A DNA stretch of 64,000 nucleotides from an uncultured bacterium (GCA_963851445.1 CAWKPH010000001.1:61813-125812), one strand, 5' to 3'. Shown: positions 27,826 through 37,383, numbered from the stretch's first letter. Numbers and translations are program-made. Notes: a model not told the origin generated them from the sequence alone.

Positions 27826-28802
27826 ACGTACAGCTTTTGAATTATATCTCCTTGAATAAAGTCCCTAAGTAACCGAGCTTCATGCGACACAAAGTGATTT
27901 CCTCGAGCGTCTCCTAGATCGTAGTAATGGTTCTCAAGCCATGAAGTTAGTACCATGCGGCGAAGTCGGACTTCTAGTCCATCCAGTAGTTCCTTTCTTA
28001 AAATTGGATAAATGGAATTGTATCCAGCAATAATTTCATTCGCTGAAGCAACTCCACTTTCTTCGGTATAGTCACCGGTAAAGCTTATGTAAAGAATAGC
28101 GCGAGCAAGTTCAGCTGCACGAGGAGCCATTTCTGCCTTTTCCCAGTCACATACTCCGATGATTTCTCGACTCTTTGTATCTATAAGAAGATTTCCCGCC
28201 TGATAGTCACCGTGCGTCAGAATATCGCTTGGTAGTACTATATCCATACTAAGCGTTGAAATGAGATCGAGCTTTAGTTGTGTGTACGAAATAAATTCTT
28301 CGTCGATAGGATCTTTCGTTTCTTTGCTTTCAATACGCACTTTGTATTCCTGTATCTTCGCTAGCTCTCCTTCCTTTGGTTTTTCTCGAAATGACTTCTG
28401 CGTGAGAAGTTCTGGAACATCTTTACTGCCTGCAACATGTATCTTGCCTAAGAGAACTCCCATGTTTCTATAGCCTTCGAGGGAGTAGTTATGTGAACGA
28501 TCGCTTTCCAGGAACGGGTAGAGTGAATACGCATTACTGTCATATACCACAAACTTCTCTCCCATATTTGAAGGAATCATACAGACAGCAGGAATGTCTC
28601 GTTCGCTCATAAGCTCCTCAACTAATGCAGTTGCTGGAAGTATATCCTTGCTCTTCTCTCGCACTTCCTTAATGAAGTACTTTCCCGAGCTTGTCGAGAG
28701 TATGTAGTTTTTGTTGAGAATTCCTTCTGTCACCTCGCTAATAGATTGAACGTCACCCAAGCTAAAATCTGTAACTAGCTTCTTGAGGTGCTCGGGGCTC
28801 AT
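27822..28802 (-). CDS. Phosphotransferase enzyme family protein (APH/choline-kinase-like)
   Basis: Contains the HGDYQAGNLLID catalytic loop and a CDWE motif. The stop overlaps the NUDIX start by 4 nt. Confidence 0.75.
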   Translation of the reverse strand: MSPEHLKKLVTDFSLGDVQSISEVTEGILNKNYILSTSSGKYFIKEVREKSKDILPATALVEELMSERDIPAVCMIPSNMGEKFVVYDSNAYSLYPFLESDRSHNYSLEGYRNMGVLLGKIHVAGSKDVPELLTQKSFREKPKEGELAKIQEYKVRIESKETKDPIDEEFISYTQLKLDLISTLSMDIVLPSDILTHGDYQAGNLLIDTKSREIIGVCDWEKAEMAPRAAELARAILYISFTGDYTEESGVASANEIIAGYNSIYPILRKELLDGLEVRLRRMVLTSWLENHYYDLGDARGNHFVSHEARLLRDFIQGDIIQKLYV

Positions 28803-28804
28803 GT

Positions 28805-30868
28805 TTAAATATTAGACTTACTGCCCACTCCGAGTTGATCAAACACAAAGCTCCATACATCCGCCTCCTGCTCAACTGCACGTGAGACAGCAAATGCTCC
28901 GCTGTGTCCAGCTTTCATTTCGACACGCATAAGTATCGGATGATCTGAGACATTTGCTTCCTGCAAGCGAGCAGCGAGCTTATAGGCGTGAAGTGGATGT
29001 ACTCGATCATCTCCGTCCGAGGTCATGATGAGCGTTGCCGGATACTTTTCGCCGTCCTTTACGTTATGGTACGGACTATAGCCAAAAAGATACGGAATCA
29101 TATCTGGATCATCAGGATCTCCAAAATCAGGGATCCAATGCCTACCGCCGTGGTGAAGATGGAAACGCAACATGTCAGATACAGGAACTCGGCAAACCAC
29201 AGCCTGGACCAAATCAGGTCGCTGTGTTTCAAGAGCAGAGACAAGTAGACCGCCGTTGCTTCCTCCCATAATGGCAAGCTTCTTTTTTGAAGAGTACTTC
29301 TGTGCGATTAAGTATTCCGCAGCTGCAATGAAATCATCAAACACATTTTGCTTGCTCTTCTTCATACCAGCTTCGTGCCACTTACGCCCAAACTCACCAC
29401 CGCCGCGAAGATTCGCTACTGCATAGATACCCCCACGCTCGATGAGTGGTATTGGATTAATCGTATACGCTGGGCGAAGGCTAATATCAAATCCTCCGTA
29501 TCCATAGAGCATAGTCGGATTATTCCCATCCTTTTGCAGACCTTTCTTGTACACGAGGAACATAGGGACTTTCGTACCATCCTTTGATGTAAACCAAACT
29601 TGCTCAGTTACGATCTCGTCCGTATTGAAGGTCGCTTGTACTTTGTGAAAAATGGAAGTAGTTCCAGACTCCAAATCCATCCTAAAAATAGTCGGCGGGT
29701 ACGCGAACGAGGTAAATGAATAAAACATTTCTTTACCCTCTGATTCGCCAGACATTCCTCCGGCAGTTCCGATGCCAGGCAATTCAATATTTCGTACACA
29801 CTCTCCTGTTAGCGTGTACTCGTTAATGACCGACTGAACATTATGGGTATATTCCACAAATAGTTTTTCACCGATAAATTTAAAGGCAGCGAGGAGATCA
29901 TCACTCTCTGGCAAAATATCGGTAAATTCTGGCTTACCTGCAAGTGCCTTTTCAACGGGAGTTGCCATGAGCTTGAAGTGCGGTGCATTATCATTTGTAC
30001 TTACGTAGAGCATGTCGCGATGAATATGTCCGCCCTGCTCTGCACCAGGCACACGCTTCAATACGAGTGTGAAATCAGATTTTGTGTTTGCTTCCTTAAT
30101 ATAAATCTCTGACCAGTTCTCTCCATTTTCTTGACCCCATATTGTCCCAAGGAGGTACTTATTGTCATCTGACAAACGTACTGATGGCTGCCACTCTTTC
30201 GCAAACCCCTTACCCCATACATAAGAATCTTTATCCGAAGTCTCTCCAATTGTATGGAAGTACAGTCTCTTGTGGAATTTAGGTTCATTTTCTGGTGCAT
30301 CAGGATCACGCCGTACATACCAGAAGCCAGTACCGTCTGCATTCCATGCGCTCATAGCGGGATACAGGTCGTCTGGAATGAGGTCTGGAAGCGTATCGCC
30401 CGTATCGACGTTCAGTACATGCAAATCCCGTTTATCATTTCCAGATTTTGAAAGACCATATACAATCCATTTCCCGTCGCGTGACGGTGTCCAGCCTGAA
30501 AGAATAGTTGTCTTATCAGGAGATAGTGTATTTGGGTCTATGAGTATTCGCTCATTTCCTTCGAGATCTTCTCGAACATACAGCACTGGCATGTCCTGCT
30601 TTGGTTCGCGCTTGCTGTAGAAGTAACGGTTATTCCGCACAATAGGAGTCCCGACTGATTCAAATTCAGCGAGTTCTTTAAGCTCGTCTCGAAGTATGTT
30701 TCGTATAGGAAGTGAGGAAAAATATTCCGAGGCGACATTACCCTGTTTAGTGAGCCAGTCATGTAGTTGCGTTTCATTTGGATCGCCTTCTAGCCAACGG
30801 TATGGATCAGGTACTTTTGTGCCGTGTAAATCTTCAATAAGATCTTCCTTTCGAGTCTCTAATTTCAT
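28805..30868 (-). CDS. Prolyl oligopeptidase (S9A) family serine peptidase
   Basis: 687 aa ORF with an N-terminal beta-propeller and a C-terminal alpha/beta hydrolase carrying the GGSNGGLL nucleophile motif. Confidence 0.9.
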   Translation of the reverse strand: MKLETRKEDLIEDLHGTKVPDPYRWLEGDPNETQLHDWLTKQGNVASEYFSSLPIRNILRDELKELAEFESVGTPIVRNNRYFYSKREPKQDMPVLYVREDLEGNERILIDPNTLSPDKTTILSGWTPSRDGKWIVYGLSKSGNDKRDLHVLNVDTGDTLPDLIPDDLYPAMSAWNADGTGFWYVRRDPDAPENEPKFHKRLYFHTIGETSDKDSYVWGKGFAKEWQPSVRLSDDNKYLLGTIWGQENGENWSEIYIKEANTKSDFTLVLKRVPGAEQGGHIHRDMLYVSTNDNAPHFKLMATPVEKALAGKPEFTDILPESDDLLAAFKFIGEKLFVEYTHNVQSVINEYTLTGECVRNIELPGIGTAGGMSGESEGKEMFYSFTSFAYPPTIFRMDLESGTTSIFHKVQATFNTDEIVTEQVWFTSKDGTKVPMFLVYKKGLQKDGNNPTMLYGYGGFDISLRPAYTINPIPLIERGGIYAVANLRGGGEFGRKWHEAGMKKSKQNVFDDFIAAAEYLIAQKYSSKKKLAIMGGSNGGLLVSALETQRPDLVQAVVCRVPVSDMLRFHLHHGGRHWIPDFGDPDDPDMIPYLFGYSPYHNVKDGEKYPATLIMTSDGDDRVHPLHAYKLAARLQEANVSDHPILMRVEMKAGHSGAFAVSRAVEQEADVWSFVFDQLGVGSKSNI

Positions 30869-30914
30869 ACATGCATTTTATCAGAAGTATCTCCTTTCTA
30901 TAACTAGCGATGGC

Positions 30915-30929
30915 TTTAGGACTCGAACC
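30915..30929 (-). repeat. tRNA T-arm-like fragment (GGTTCGAGTCCTAAA on minus strand), copy A
   Basis: Identical 15-mer to copy B, 65 nt away. No acceptor or anticodon arms can be formed. Confidence 0.4.
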
Positions 30930-30980
30930 GAAATCCATCCCATATTTAAAAGAGTTCTAACTTTTCCTAATCTGCACCTG

Positions 30981-30995
30981 TTTAGGACTCGAACC
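30981..30995 (-). repeat. tRNA T-arm-like fragment (GGTTCGAGTCCTAAA), copy B
   Basis: Shares GGTTCGAGTCCTA with the T-arm of the intact tRNA-Gln 60 nt upstream. Confidence 0.4.
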
Positions 30996-31056
30996 CGAGC
31001 CTTCAAAATATCCTTTAGTTATCTACGCGTCTCGAGCGCGATAACCTAGCACGAGT

Positions 31057-31130
31057 TGGCTGCGAGACTAGGACTCGAACCTAGATAACGACCTCCAGAG
31101 GGTCGCGTCCTACCATTAGACGATCTCGCA
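31057..31130 (-). tRNA. tRNA-Gln (anticodon CUG), CCA encoded
   Basis: Manual cloverleaf: acceptor TGCGAGA/TCTCGCA (U1:A72, G73), D-arm GTCT/GGAC, anticodon stem CGACC/GGTCG with loop CTCTGGA, T-arm CTAGG-TTCGAGT-CCTAG, then GCCA. Confidence 0.85.
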
Positions 31131-31254
31131 ATGGTGATGCCCAAACTGCAAACGCGGCAGCATCCTACCGCGTAGTAGTTAATAGAATACTTTAAAAGGA
31201 AGCCCCATTCAAGCAGCCTCTTTTTTAATATAATGCGCTATATCTTTCGACTGA

Positions 31255-31686
31255 TTAGAACCACATCCCGAACAATGCACCCATTAGTAGAAGCGTTACA
31301 AGAAATTGTCCCGCGTTGATCCACCAAAGTTTCCATGGCTTCCCCTCCCAGAGCACGCTCGGCAAGAGCACCGGTGCAACAAAACCAAGCCATGCGAAAA
31401 AACCGACAGAGAGTCCGGTAACAATTCCTTTGTTATCTAAGTACGCCGACGTATGCAGATACGCGCGAGAAAGTATGAATGCCATTACGAGTGCTCCAAT
31501 GAATTGGAGGAGGTATTTACCGCCCATACCCTTTCGCATCTTCATCTTTTCTTCGTGAGACATGTTCTTCATATCCATGCCTGTCATGCGCATCCACGGT
31601 TTCCCAAATAACGGCCCATACCAGAGTGTACCAACCACCATGGCGAGAACTGCAGCCACCACTACTGCTAAAAGATGAATTGACAT
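31255..31686 (-). CDS. DUF1761 family membrane protein
   Basis: 143 aa ORF; N-terminus MSIHLLAVVVAAVLAMVVGTLWYGPLFGKPW and four TM helices match DUF1761. Confidence 0.55.
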   Translation of the reverse strand: MSIHLLAVVVAAVLAMVVGTLWYGPLFGKPWMRMTGMDMKNMSHEEKMKMRKGMGGKYLLQFIGALVMAFILSRAYLHTSAYLDNKGIVTGLSVGFFAWLGFVAPVLLPSVLWEGKPWKLWWINAGQFLVTLLLMGALFGMWF

Positions 31687-31742
31687 AGTATCTACGGATT
31701 TATTAGAGCGGATTTTTGCCCGCTAACGCAAAGATACCATGA

Positions 31743-32588
31743 CTACGGGTTTGTTGGAGCAGTTGTTGATGTATTACTTGAGCCCTTCACTGCGACGTAG
31801 ATCGTGGCAATATCAGCACGTGCTGCTTTAAGATCATTGGTCGCAGTCTGAATTTTTGACTTAGCGTCTTTGATCGTCGCGCTGTTTGAAGCCTCAATGG
31901 TTGTATTCCCCTGATCAGGCTGCAGGCCCACTGTCTCGCTAAGTGCAGCTGCAGCTTGCGTGTTTGCATCAGATATCTTTGCGTTCATATCGGTATACGC
32001 AGATACTGCAGCAGAAGGATTTCCAGCGGCAGTAATGCGCGTTTCGAGTTTTGGTGCAAGACCTTGCATAAGACCGACGATGGTATCAATACGATCGGAG
32101 GTTGCTGCAATCCGTACTTGTGGAAGCACGAGCAGATAAATACGATAGTTCTTGGTGATCGTTGCAGCGTCTGCTCGAAGAGTCGCCCCAGTTGTATCGC
32201 TGTTAATTTGTGCCTCAAGGGTATTCATTTCAGTTATTTGCGCTGAGAGAATTCCCTGAAGAGACGTCACCTCACTTGCCGAAAGATTTTTCACCCCACC
32301 AAGACGTGTTGAGGCTGAGTTCAAGGATGAAATGCGCGCGCTGATTGCCGCATCTGCTGCAGTCTGCGCCGTGGTGAATCGTGCGCTAGTATGGGTACCC
32401 GTAGTTGTAGTGACGGGAGCGTTAGTAACTGAAACACCGGTAGTTGCACCCACTACGGTACTTGTGACAGGAGTTTGTACTCCAACGTTTGCGTTTACAC
32501 CTATAGTCTGTGCTAATGCCGCTACTGGTAAAGTTGCCGCGAGCACGGCGATGCTAAGTAAACTTGCTATACGTGATGTTTTTTTCAT
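31743..32588 (-). CDS. Secreted hypothetical protein (signal peptide, Thr/Ala-rich, helical)
   Basis: 281 aa ORF with a signal peptide (MKKTSRIASLLSIAVLAATLPVAALA) and no family assignment. Confidence 0.45.
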   Translation of the reverse strand: MKKTSRIASLLSIAVLAATLPVAALAQTIGVNANVGVQTPVTSTVVGATTGVSVTNAPVTTTTGTHTSARFTTAQTAADAAISARISSLNSASTRLGGVKNLSASEVTSLQGILSAQITEMNTLEAQINSDTTGATLRADAATITKNYRIYLLVLPQVRIAATSDRIDTIVGLMQGLAPKLETRITAAGNPSAAVSAYTDMNAKISDANTQAAAALSETVGLQPDQGNTTIEASNSATIKDAKSKIQTATNDLKAARADIATIYVAVKGSSNTSTTAPTNP

Positions 32589-32612
32589 AAGTATTGATGT
32601 TGGTTTAGGGAG

Positions 32613-32906
32613 CTATGGGTTGATCGTGTTCTGCGCATTGGCATTATCCGTAGCGAGGCCTCCCATTTGGGTGTCAATTGCAGCAGTATCTTCTTCAAGC
32701 GCCGTATTAGAATCACTTGACCCTCCGGGAAGCGCCGTACTCGCCCTTGGCAGTGTGCCAGAAGCAGCGACTGCCGCTGCTGAATTAGTATTAGCGCTTC
32801 CTCCAAGCGTCCCAGAAGCCATACGTGTGGTCAGGTAATACGCGCCTCCCACAAGCACCAAAATTACAACAACGCCAACCACTGCCTTAGTCGTAGCATT
32901 AGACAT
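32613..32906 (-). CDS. Small membrane-anchored hypothetical protein
   Basis: 97 aa ORF with an N-terminal TM helix and an Ala/Ser/Thr-rich tail; paired with the upstream secreted protein. Confidence 0.4.
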   Translation of the reverse strand: MSNATTKAVVGVVVILVLVGGAYYLTTRMASGTLGGSANTNSAAAVAASGTLPRASTALPGGSSDSNTALEEDTAAIDTQMGGLATDNANAQNTINP

Positions 32907-33012
32907 AGATCAATTTATTAATCATATAACTAGTATCTCCTGATTATATCGCCTTTAACGGGCTTACTAACGAGCAGGTTGTATAACCTTCTCAAAGAAT
33001 AAGACGATTGTC

Positions 33013-34664
33013 CTAGGCTTTCCTTTCAGCTCTTTTTGCAGAAGCTTTAAGAAATGCTGTAAATAGGGGGTGTGGAGAGAGCGGACGCGCCTGGAGCTCG
33101 GGATGAAATTGTGTACCGAGATAGAACGGATGTTTGTCCTTAGGGAGTTCTGCAATCTCCATAAGCACATTATCGGGAGAGGTGCCTGAGAAAACGAGGC
33201 CTCCTTTTTCGATTTGCTCTACATATTGAGGATTTATCTCATAGCGGTGACGGTGACGTTCTTCAACAACCTCTTTACCGTATGCTTCCTGAGCAACACT
33301 CCCCTTTTTAAGATGTGCTGGATATACGCCAAGCCGCATAGTGCCGCCATATTGATTCTGTTCGAGAAGCGCAATCTGTTCGGGCATTACGTCTACCACG
33401 GGGTACTTAGTCCCAGGATTTATTTCGACGGTGTGGGCTCCCTCAAGACCAAGGACATTTCGAGCGTATTCGATGACGAGCATATGGAGTCCGTAGCAGA
33501 GTCCGAATAAGGTATTTTATTCTCGCGCGCAAAGCGTGCGGCTTTAATCTTCCCTTCGATTCCTGTTTTGCCAAAACCTCCCGGCACAATGATGCCATCA
33601 TATTTCGAAAGCGTTTCGATATCAGTATCCTTTTCGAAATCCTTTGCATTAACCCACTCTATTTTGGGCTTGACTCCGATCTCCGCACCAGAGAATTTCA
33701 ACGCTTCGATTACTGAAAGGACGCATCAGAAAGCACGTAGTCACCCGTATCAAAATACTTTCCAACGATTCCGATGGTGACTTCATCGTCACTCAGCCTG
33801 GCCTTCTGCACAAAATTGCGCCATTCGTGAAGTCCTGTCGATTCGGATTTAGGGAGTGAAAGTGACTCAAGTAGTAGCTCACCAAGGTTGTCCTTTTCAA
33901 AATTGAGTGGGACATCATAGATGCTTTCAACATCGGGTGCAGAGATTATGCATTCGGGAGAAACATTACACCATATGGCAAGTTTTTCTTTGCGCTTCTC
34001 ATCCATAGCGCCCGTCGATCGTGCAATGATGAAGTCAGGTTGTACACCATAGGAGTTGAGTTCGCGAATGGCGGTCTGCGTGGGCTTGGTCTTCATTTCG
34101 CCAAGCGTACCTGGAACAGGTAGGTACGAGACCATGACAAAACGGACATCGTTTGGGTGCTGGAGTCGAAGTACGCGCGCTGCCTCTATGAAAAGTGCGT
34201 TCTGAAAATCTCCTACCGTTCCGCCTATTTCTATTACTGAAATCTGGCTACCGTTCTGGGCGGATGCCGCATAGATCCGACGCAGGATCTCGTCGCGTAC
34301 ATGAGGAATTGCTTCAATCGTTTTACCGCCATACTCGAGTGCACGTTCGCGATTGATTACGGATTGGTACACCATGCCACTTGTCATGTAGTCTTCGCTT
34401 GAGAGGTCGCGACCAAGAAAAACGTTCGTAATTACCCATATCCTGGTCAGTCTCAAGCCCACTACGCAGCACAAACACCTCCCCATGCTCAGTCGGATTC
34501 ATCGTGCCCGCATCAACATTAAGGTAAGGGTCAATCTTTACAAGATTGACCGTATACCCACGCCCTGTAAGAAGGAGTCCCATCGATGAAGTTGCGATGC
34601 CCTTGCCTACACCAGACATCACCCCTCCTATTACGAAGATATACTTGTGTCCTTCGGTTGCCAT
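33013..34664 (-). pseudogene. pyrG: CTP synthase (pyrG) broken by three single-nucleotide indels (or sequencing errors)
   Basis: Four consecutive ORFs (34323..34664, 33710..34486, 33420..33701, 33013..33483) are collinear with PyrG: synthetase N-terminus ([11 protein letters not shown]…[13 protein letters not shown]), middle, and GATase domain (…GIIVPGGFG…, …[21 protein letters not shown]…, …HRHRYEIN…). Junctions lie near 34424-34428 (A5 run), 33717-33722 and 33505-33509. Confidence 0.8.
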
Positions 34665-34695
34665 ACCAATTACTTACGTAGAGCTTTGTGCATAC

Positions 34696-35625
34696 TTAAA
34701 TGCGCAAATACCGACGAACTGCTAAATAACTTGCAAACCCACCGAGCAAAATACCGGAACCGAGAATGATGCCCGCTATCATGAGAAAGTTCTGTAGGTA
34801 GTACGAAAGAATATCAAATCCTCCGAGCCACGAGGAATAATTACTACCGATATACCAAATGGCTGGTGAGTAAATGAGAAGCGCGATAAATCCTGAAATG
34901 ATGCCAGCGAGTACCCCAGCGACGATAAAGGGACCTCGAATATAGGCGTTGCTTGCTCCTACGAGGCGCATTACAGCAATCTCATCGCGCGAGCTATAGA
35001 TAGCTAGACGTATAGTTGCAAGAGCAATGATAGTAGACGCAAGTGCAAAAATAATGACGATAATAAGCCCTGCTTGTTCGGTCGTATGAATAGTAGAGGT
35101 AAGACGATTAATAATCGTTTCATTCTCGTAATAGTTGATGTGATCGACAATTGAGGTTCCGTTGACGTTTAGACCTTGATCATTGTTAATGTAATTTACA
35201 ATATCCGGGTAATCCGCAGGATTTACGGCCTTAATATCGAGTGATGCTCCGAGTGGATTCGAACCAAGTTCATTAAGCGCATTCAAGGTAAGCTGGTCGC
35301 CTGCGTGGCGCGTCGTGAACTGTGAAAGTGCATCGGCGGCAGAGGTATAGGTTACCTGAGCGACTTCAGGATTTTGTTCGAGCTGGTCCTTGAGATTAAG
35401 TACATCGCCTTCGGCGGCGCTCGTAGTGAAATAGACTGTTACGTCAACTTTGTTCTGAATCTGCTGAAGTGTGTATGAAAGGAGCGCAGAAAGGAAAATG
35501 AGGAAACCGATGATCATGAGTGTCACGGTCATAATAAGTACTGTCGCAAATGAGACAGCGCCGCTTCGAAAGAAGTTTTTTGATCCACCAGAGAGCACGC
35601 GACGAAGTGAAGTGAACATGCTCAT
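34696..35625 (-). CDS. ftsX: Cell division permease FtsX
   Basis: 309 aa ORF with four TM helices and a large extracytoplasmic loop; immediately follows ftsE. Confidence 0.9.
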   Translation of the reverse strand: MSMFTSLRRVLSGGSKNFFRSGAVSFATVLIMTVTLMIIGFLIFLSALLSYTLQQIQNKVDVTVYFTTSAAEGDVLNLKDQLEQNPEVAQVTYTSAADALSQFTTRHAGDQLTLNALNELGSNPLGASLDIKAVNPADYPDIVNYINNDQGLNVNGTSIVDHINYYENETIINRLTSTIHTTEQAGLIIVIIFALASTIIALATIRLAIYSSRDEIAVMRLVGASNAYIRGPFIVAGVLAGIISGFIALLIYSPAIWYIGSNYSSWLGGFDILSYYLQNFLMIAGIILGSGILLGGFASYLAVRRYLRI

Positions 35626-35627
35626 GA

Positions 35628-36308
35628 TTATAGTATGTACTGGCCTTGTGGATCGTCGCGGATGACACGCCCGCGATCCATCGTAATAACTCGTCTGCCC
35701 ATTGCATCGACTACACCCTTGTTGTGCGTCGTGATAATAACGATTGTGCCGAGTTCATTGATTTTCTTCAATATCTCAACGATTTCATAGGTGTTAATTG
35801 GATCAAGGTTGCCTGTGGGCTCATCGGCAATAATGACATCAGGTTGATTGATGATTGCACGGCCAATCGCAACGCGCTGCTGCTCACCGCCAGAGAGCTG
35901 ATGGGGAAAATGATTTGCTTTTGAAACGAGATCTACAAGATCAAGAATATAAGGCACATCCGACTCAATCTCATCGTCAGGTCTTCCTGCGGCTTCCATA
36001 GCGAATGCAATATTCTCGTACGCAGTCTTGTTCGGAATAAGACGAAAATCCTGAAATACCATACCTATCTTGCGTCGATAGTTATGCATCATGCTTGGAC
36101 GAAGTGAGTGCACATCGATGTCCTCGAAATAGACTGCACCTGAAGTAGGACGCTCCTGCGCGAGGAGCATCTTAAGGAGGGTGGTCTTGCCAGCGCCTGA
36201 GTGGCCAACGACCGATACAAATTCTTTTGGATTAACCGTGAGGGTGATGTCTTCTAGAGCCGGGGTTCCATCACGATAAATCTTTGAAACATTGTCGAAT
36301 TGAATCAT
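35628..36308 (-). CDS. ftsE: Cell division ATP-binding protein FtsE
   Basis: 226 aa ABC ATPase (GHSGAGKTT, LSGGEQQRVAIGRAI) located upstream of ftsX. Confidence 0.9.
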   Translation of the reverse strand: MIQFDNVSKIYRDGTPALEDITLTVNPKEFVSVVGHSGAGKTTLLKMLLAQERPTSGAVYFEDIDVHSLRPSMMHNYRRKIGMVFQDFRLIPNKTAYENIAFAMEAAGRPDDEIESDVPYILDLVDLVSKANHFPHQLSGGEQQRVAIGRAIINQPDVIIADEPTGNLDPINTYEIVEILKKINELGTIVIITTHNKGVVDAMGRRVITMDRGRVIRDDPQGQYIL

Positions 36309-36322
36309 GAGCGGTTCGTCTC

Positions 36323-37210
36323 CTATTGTACCTTATTTGCCGCAGCTGCGTCCATGAAATTATCAAGCTCTCCTCCAAGAACTGCCTCGGGGTCATGCGA
36401 TTCATACCCGGTTTCGTGGTCTTTTACGAGTTTATAGGGGTGGAGAATGTAGGAACGCATCTGGCTACCCCATTCATTGGCGGTTTCGGCGGCTATAGAC
36501 CGACCCTTGGCTTCAAGTTCTTGTTTTCTTTCTTCCCGAGCGAACAATTTTGCACGAATAAGTTCCATCGCTTTCTCTCGATTAGCTTGCTGAGAACGCT
36601 CGCTCGAGACGTGGACTGAGACTCCTGAGGGTGTATGGGTAATACGCACCGCAGTCTCACGCTTATTGACGTTCTGACCGCCCGCTCCTCCCGAGCGTGC
36701 AAATTGAATGTCCAGGTCTTCCGGACGCAGATCAACTTTCTCATTAGGCGCAAGCTTGGGGAGTACTTCGACGAGCGCAAATGAGGTCTGACGCTTGCTA
36801 TTAGCATTAAATGGAGAAATTCGCACCAAGCGATGCACGCCGGACTCATGCTTTAGTCGTCCGTAGACGCCTACACCACTAATTTCAAGGAGTACATTGC
36901 GGTAACCACCGTTATTGTTCTCGTTGGCATGGAGCTCCCAGGTAGTCCATCCTTTTTTCTGTGCATACCCCTCATACATCCTGCGCAGCATACGTGCGAA
37001 ATCCTCTGCGTCATCGCCACCTGCACCCGCGAGAATGGCAAGTGTTGCGGACCCACGATCATGAACGTCCCCCCCAGCATTACCCAGAGTAGCTGCATCT
37101 TTTAAGTTCTGATATTCACGCACGAGTTTCTGCGCCTCATCTTTGTCTGCCCAGAATTCGGGCGTGGCCATTAGCGCTTCAATTTCTTCGAGTCGCAACT
37201 TTTCATCCAT
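36323..37210 (-). CDS. prfB: Peptide chain release factor 2 (N-terminally short, no programmed-frameshift site)
   Basis: 295 aa ORF with the SPF tripeptide (RISPFNA) and GGQ (SGGAGGQ) motifs. It aligns to RF2 from about residue 30, and a tRNA gene lies 45 nt upstream. Confidence 0.85.
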   Translation of the reverse strand: MDEKLRLEEIEALMATPEFWADKDEAQKLVREYQNLKDAATLGNAGGDVHDRGSATLAILAGAGGDDAEDFARMLRRMYEGYAQKKGWTTWELHANENNNGGYRNVLLEISGVGVYGRLKHESGVHRLVRISPFNANSKRQTSFALVEVLPKLAPNEKVDLRPEDLDIQFARSGGAGGQNVNKRETAVRITHTPSGVSVHVSSERSQQANREKAMELIRAKLFAREERKQELEAKGRSIAAETANEWGSQMRSYILHPYKLVKDHETGYESHDPEAVLGGELDNFMDAAAANKVQ

Positions 37211-37255
37211 TAATCGAGTATAGCAAAGATGGATACTTTACTGTTTTACTGCCTT

Positions 37256-37331
37256 TGGAGCCATCTCGGAGGATCGAACTCCGGACCTTTACGTTACGAA
37301 TGTAATGCTCTACCAACTGAGCTAAGATGGC
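37256..37331 (-). tRNA. tRNA-Thr (anticodon CGU), CCA encoded
   Basis: Cloverleaf: acceptor GCCATCT/AGATGGC, D-arm GCTC-AGTTGGTAG-GAGC, anticodon loop TTCGTAA (CGT), T-arm CGGAG-TTCGATC-CTCCG. Has an A31·C39 mismatch. Confidence 0.8.
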
Positions 37332-37383
37332 ACTCTATAGTTATAGCAAACCGCATGACGACGCGCGACGGATCAAACCGTGA

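Noticed and set aside
30900-31056. Two further tRNA genes suggested by GGTTCGAGTCC T-loop motifs
   Set aside because: T-loops are only 65 nt apart and no acceptor, D or anticodon arms can be paired by eye; treated as tRNA remnants instead.
37211-37255. Programmed +1 frameshift site upstream of prfB
   Set aside because: Only 45 nt separate prfB ATG from a tRNA gene; no upstream ORF or CUU-UGA motif is present.
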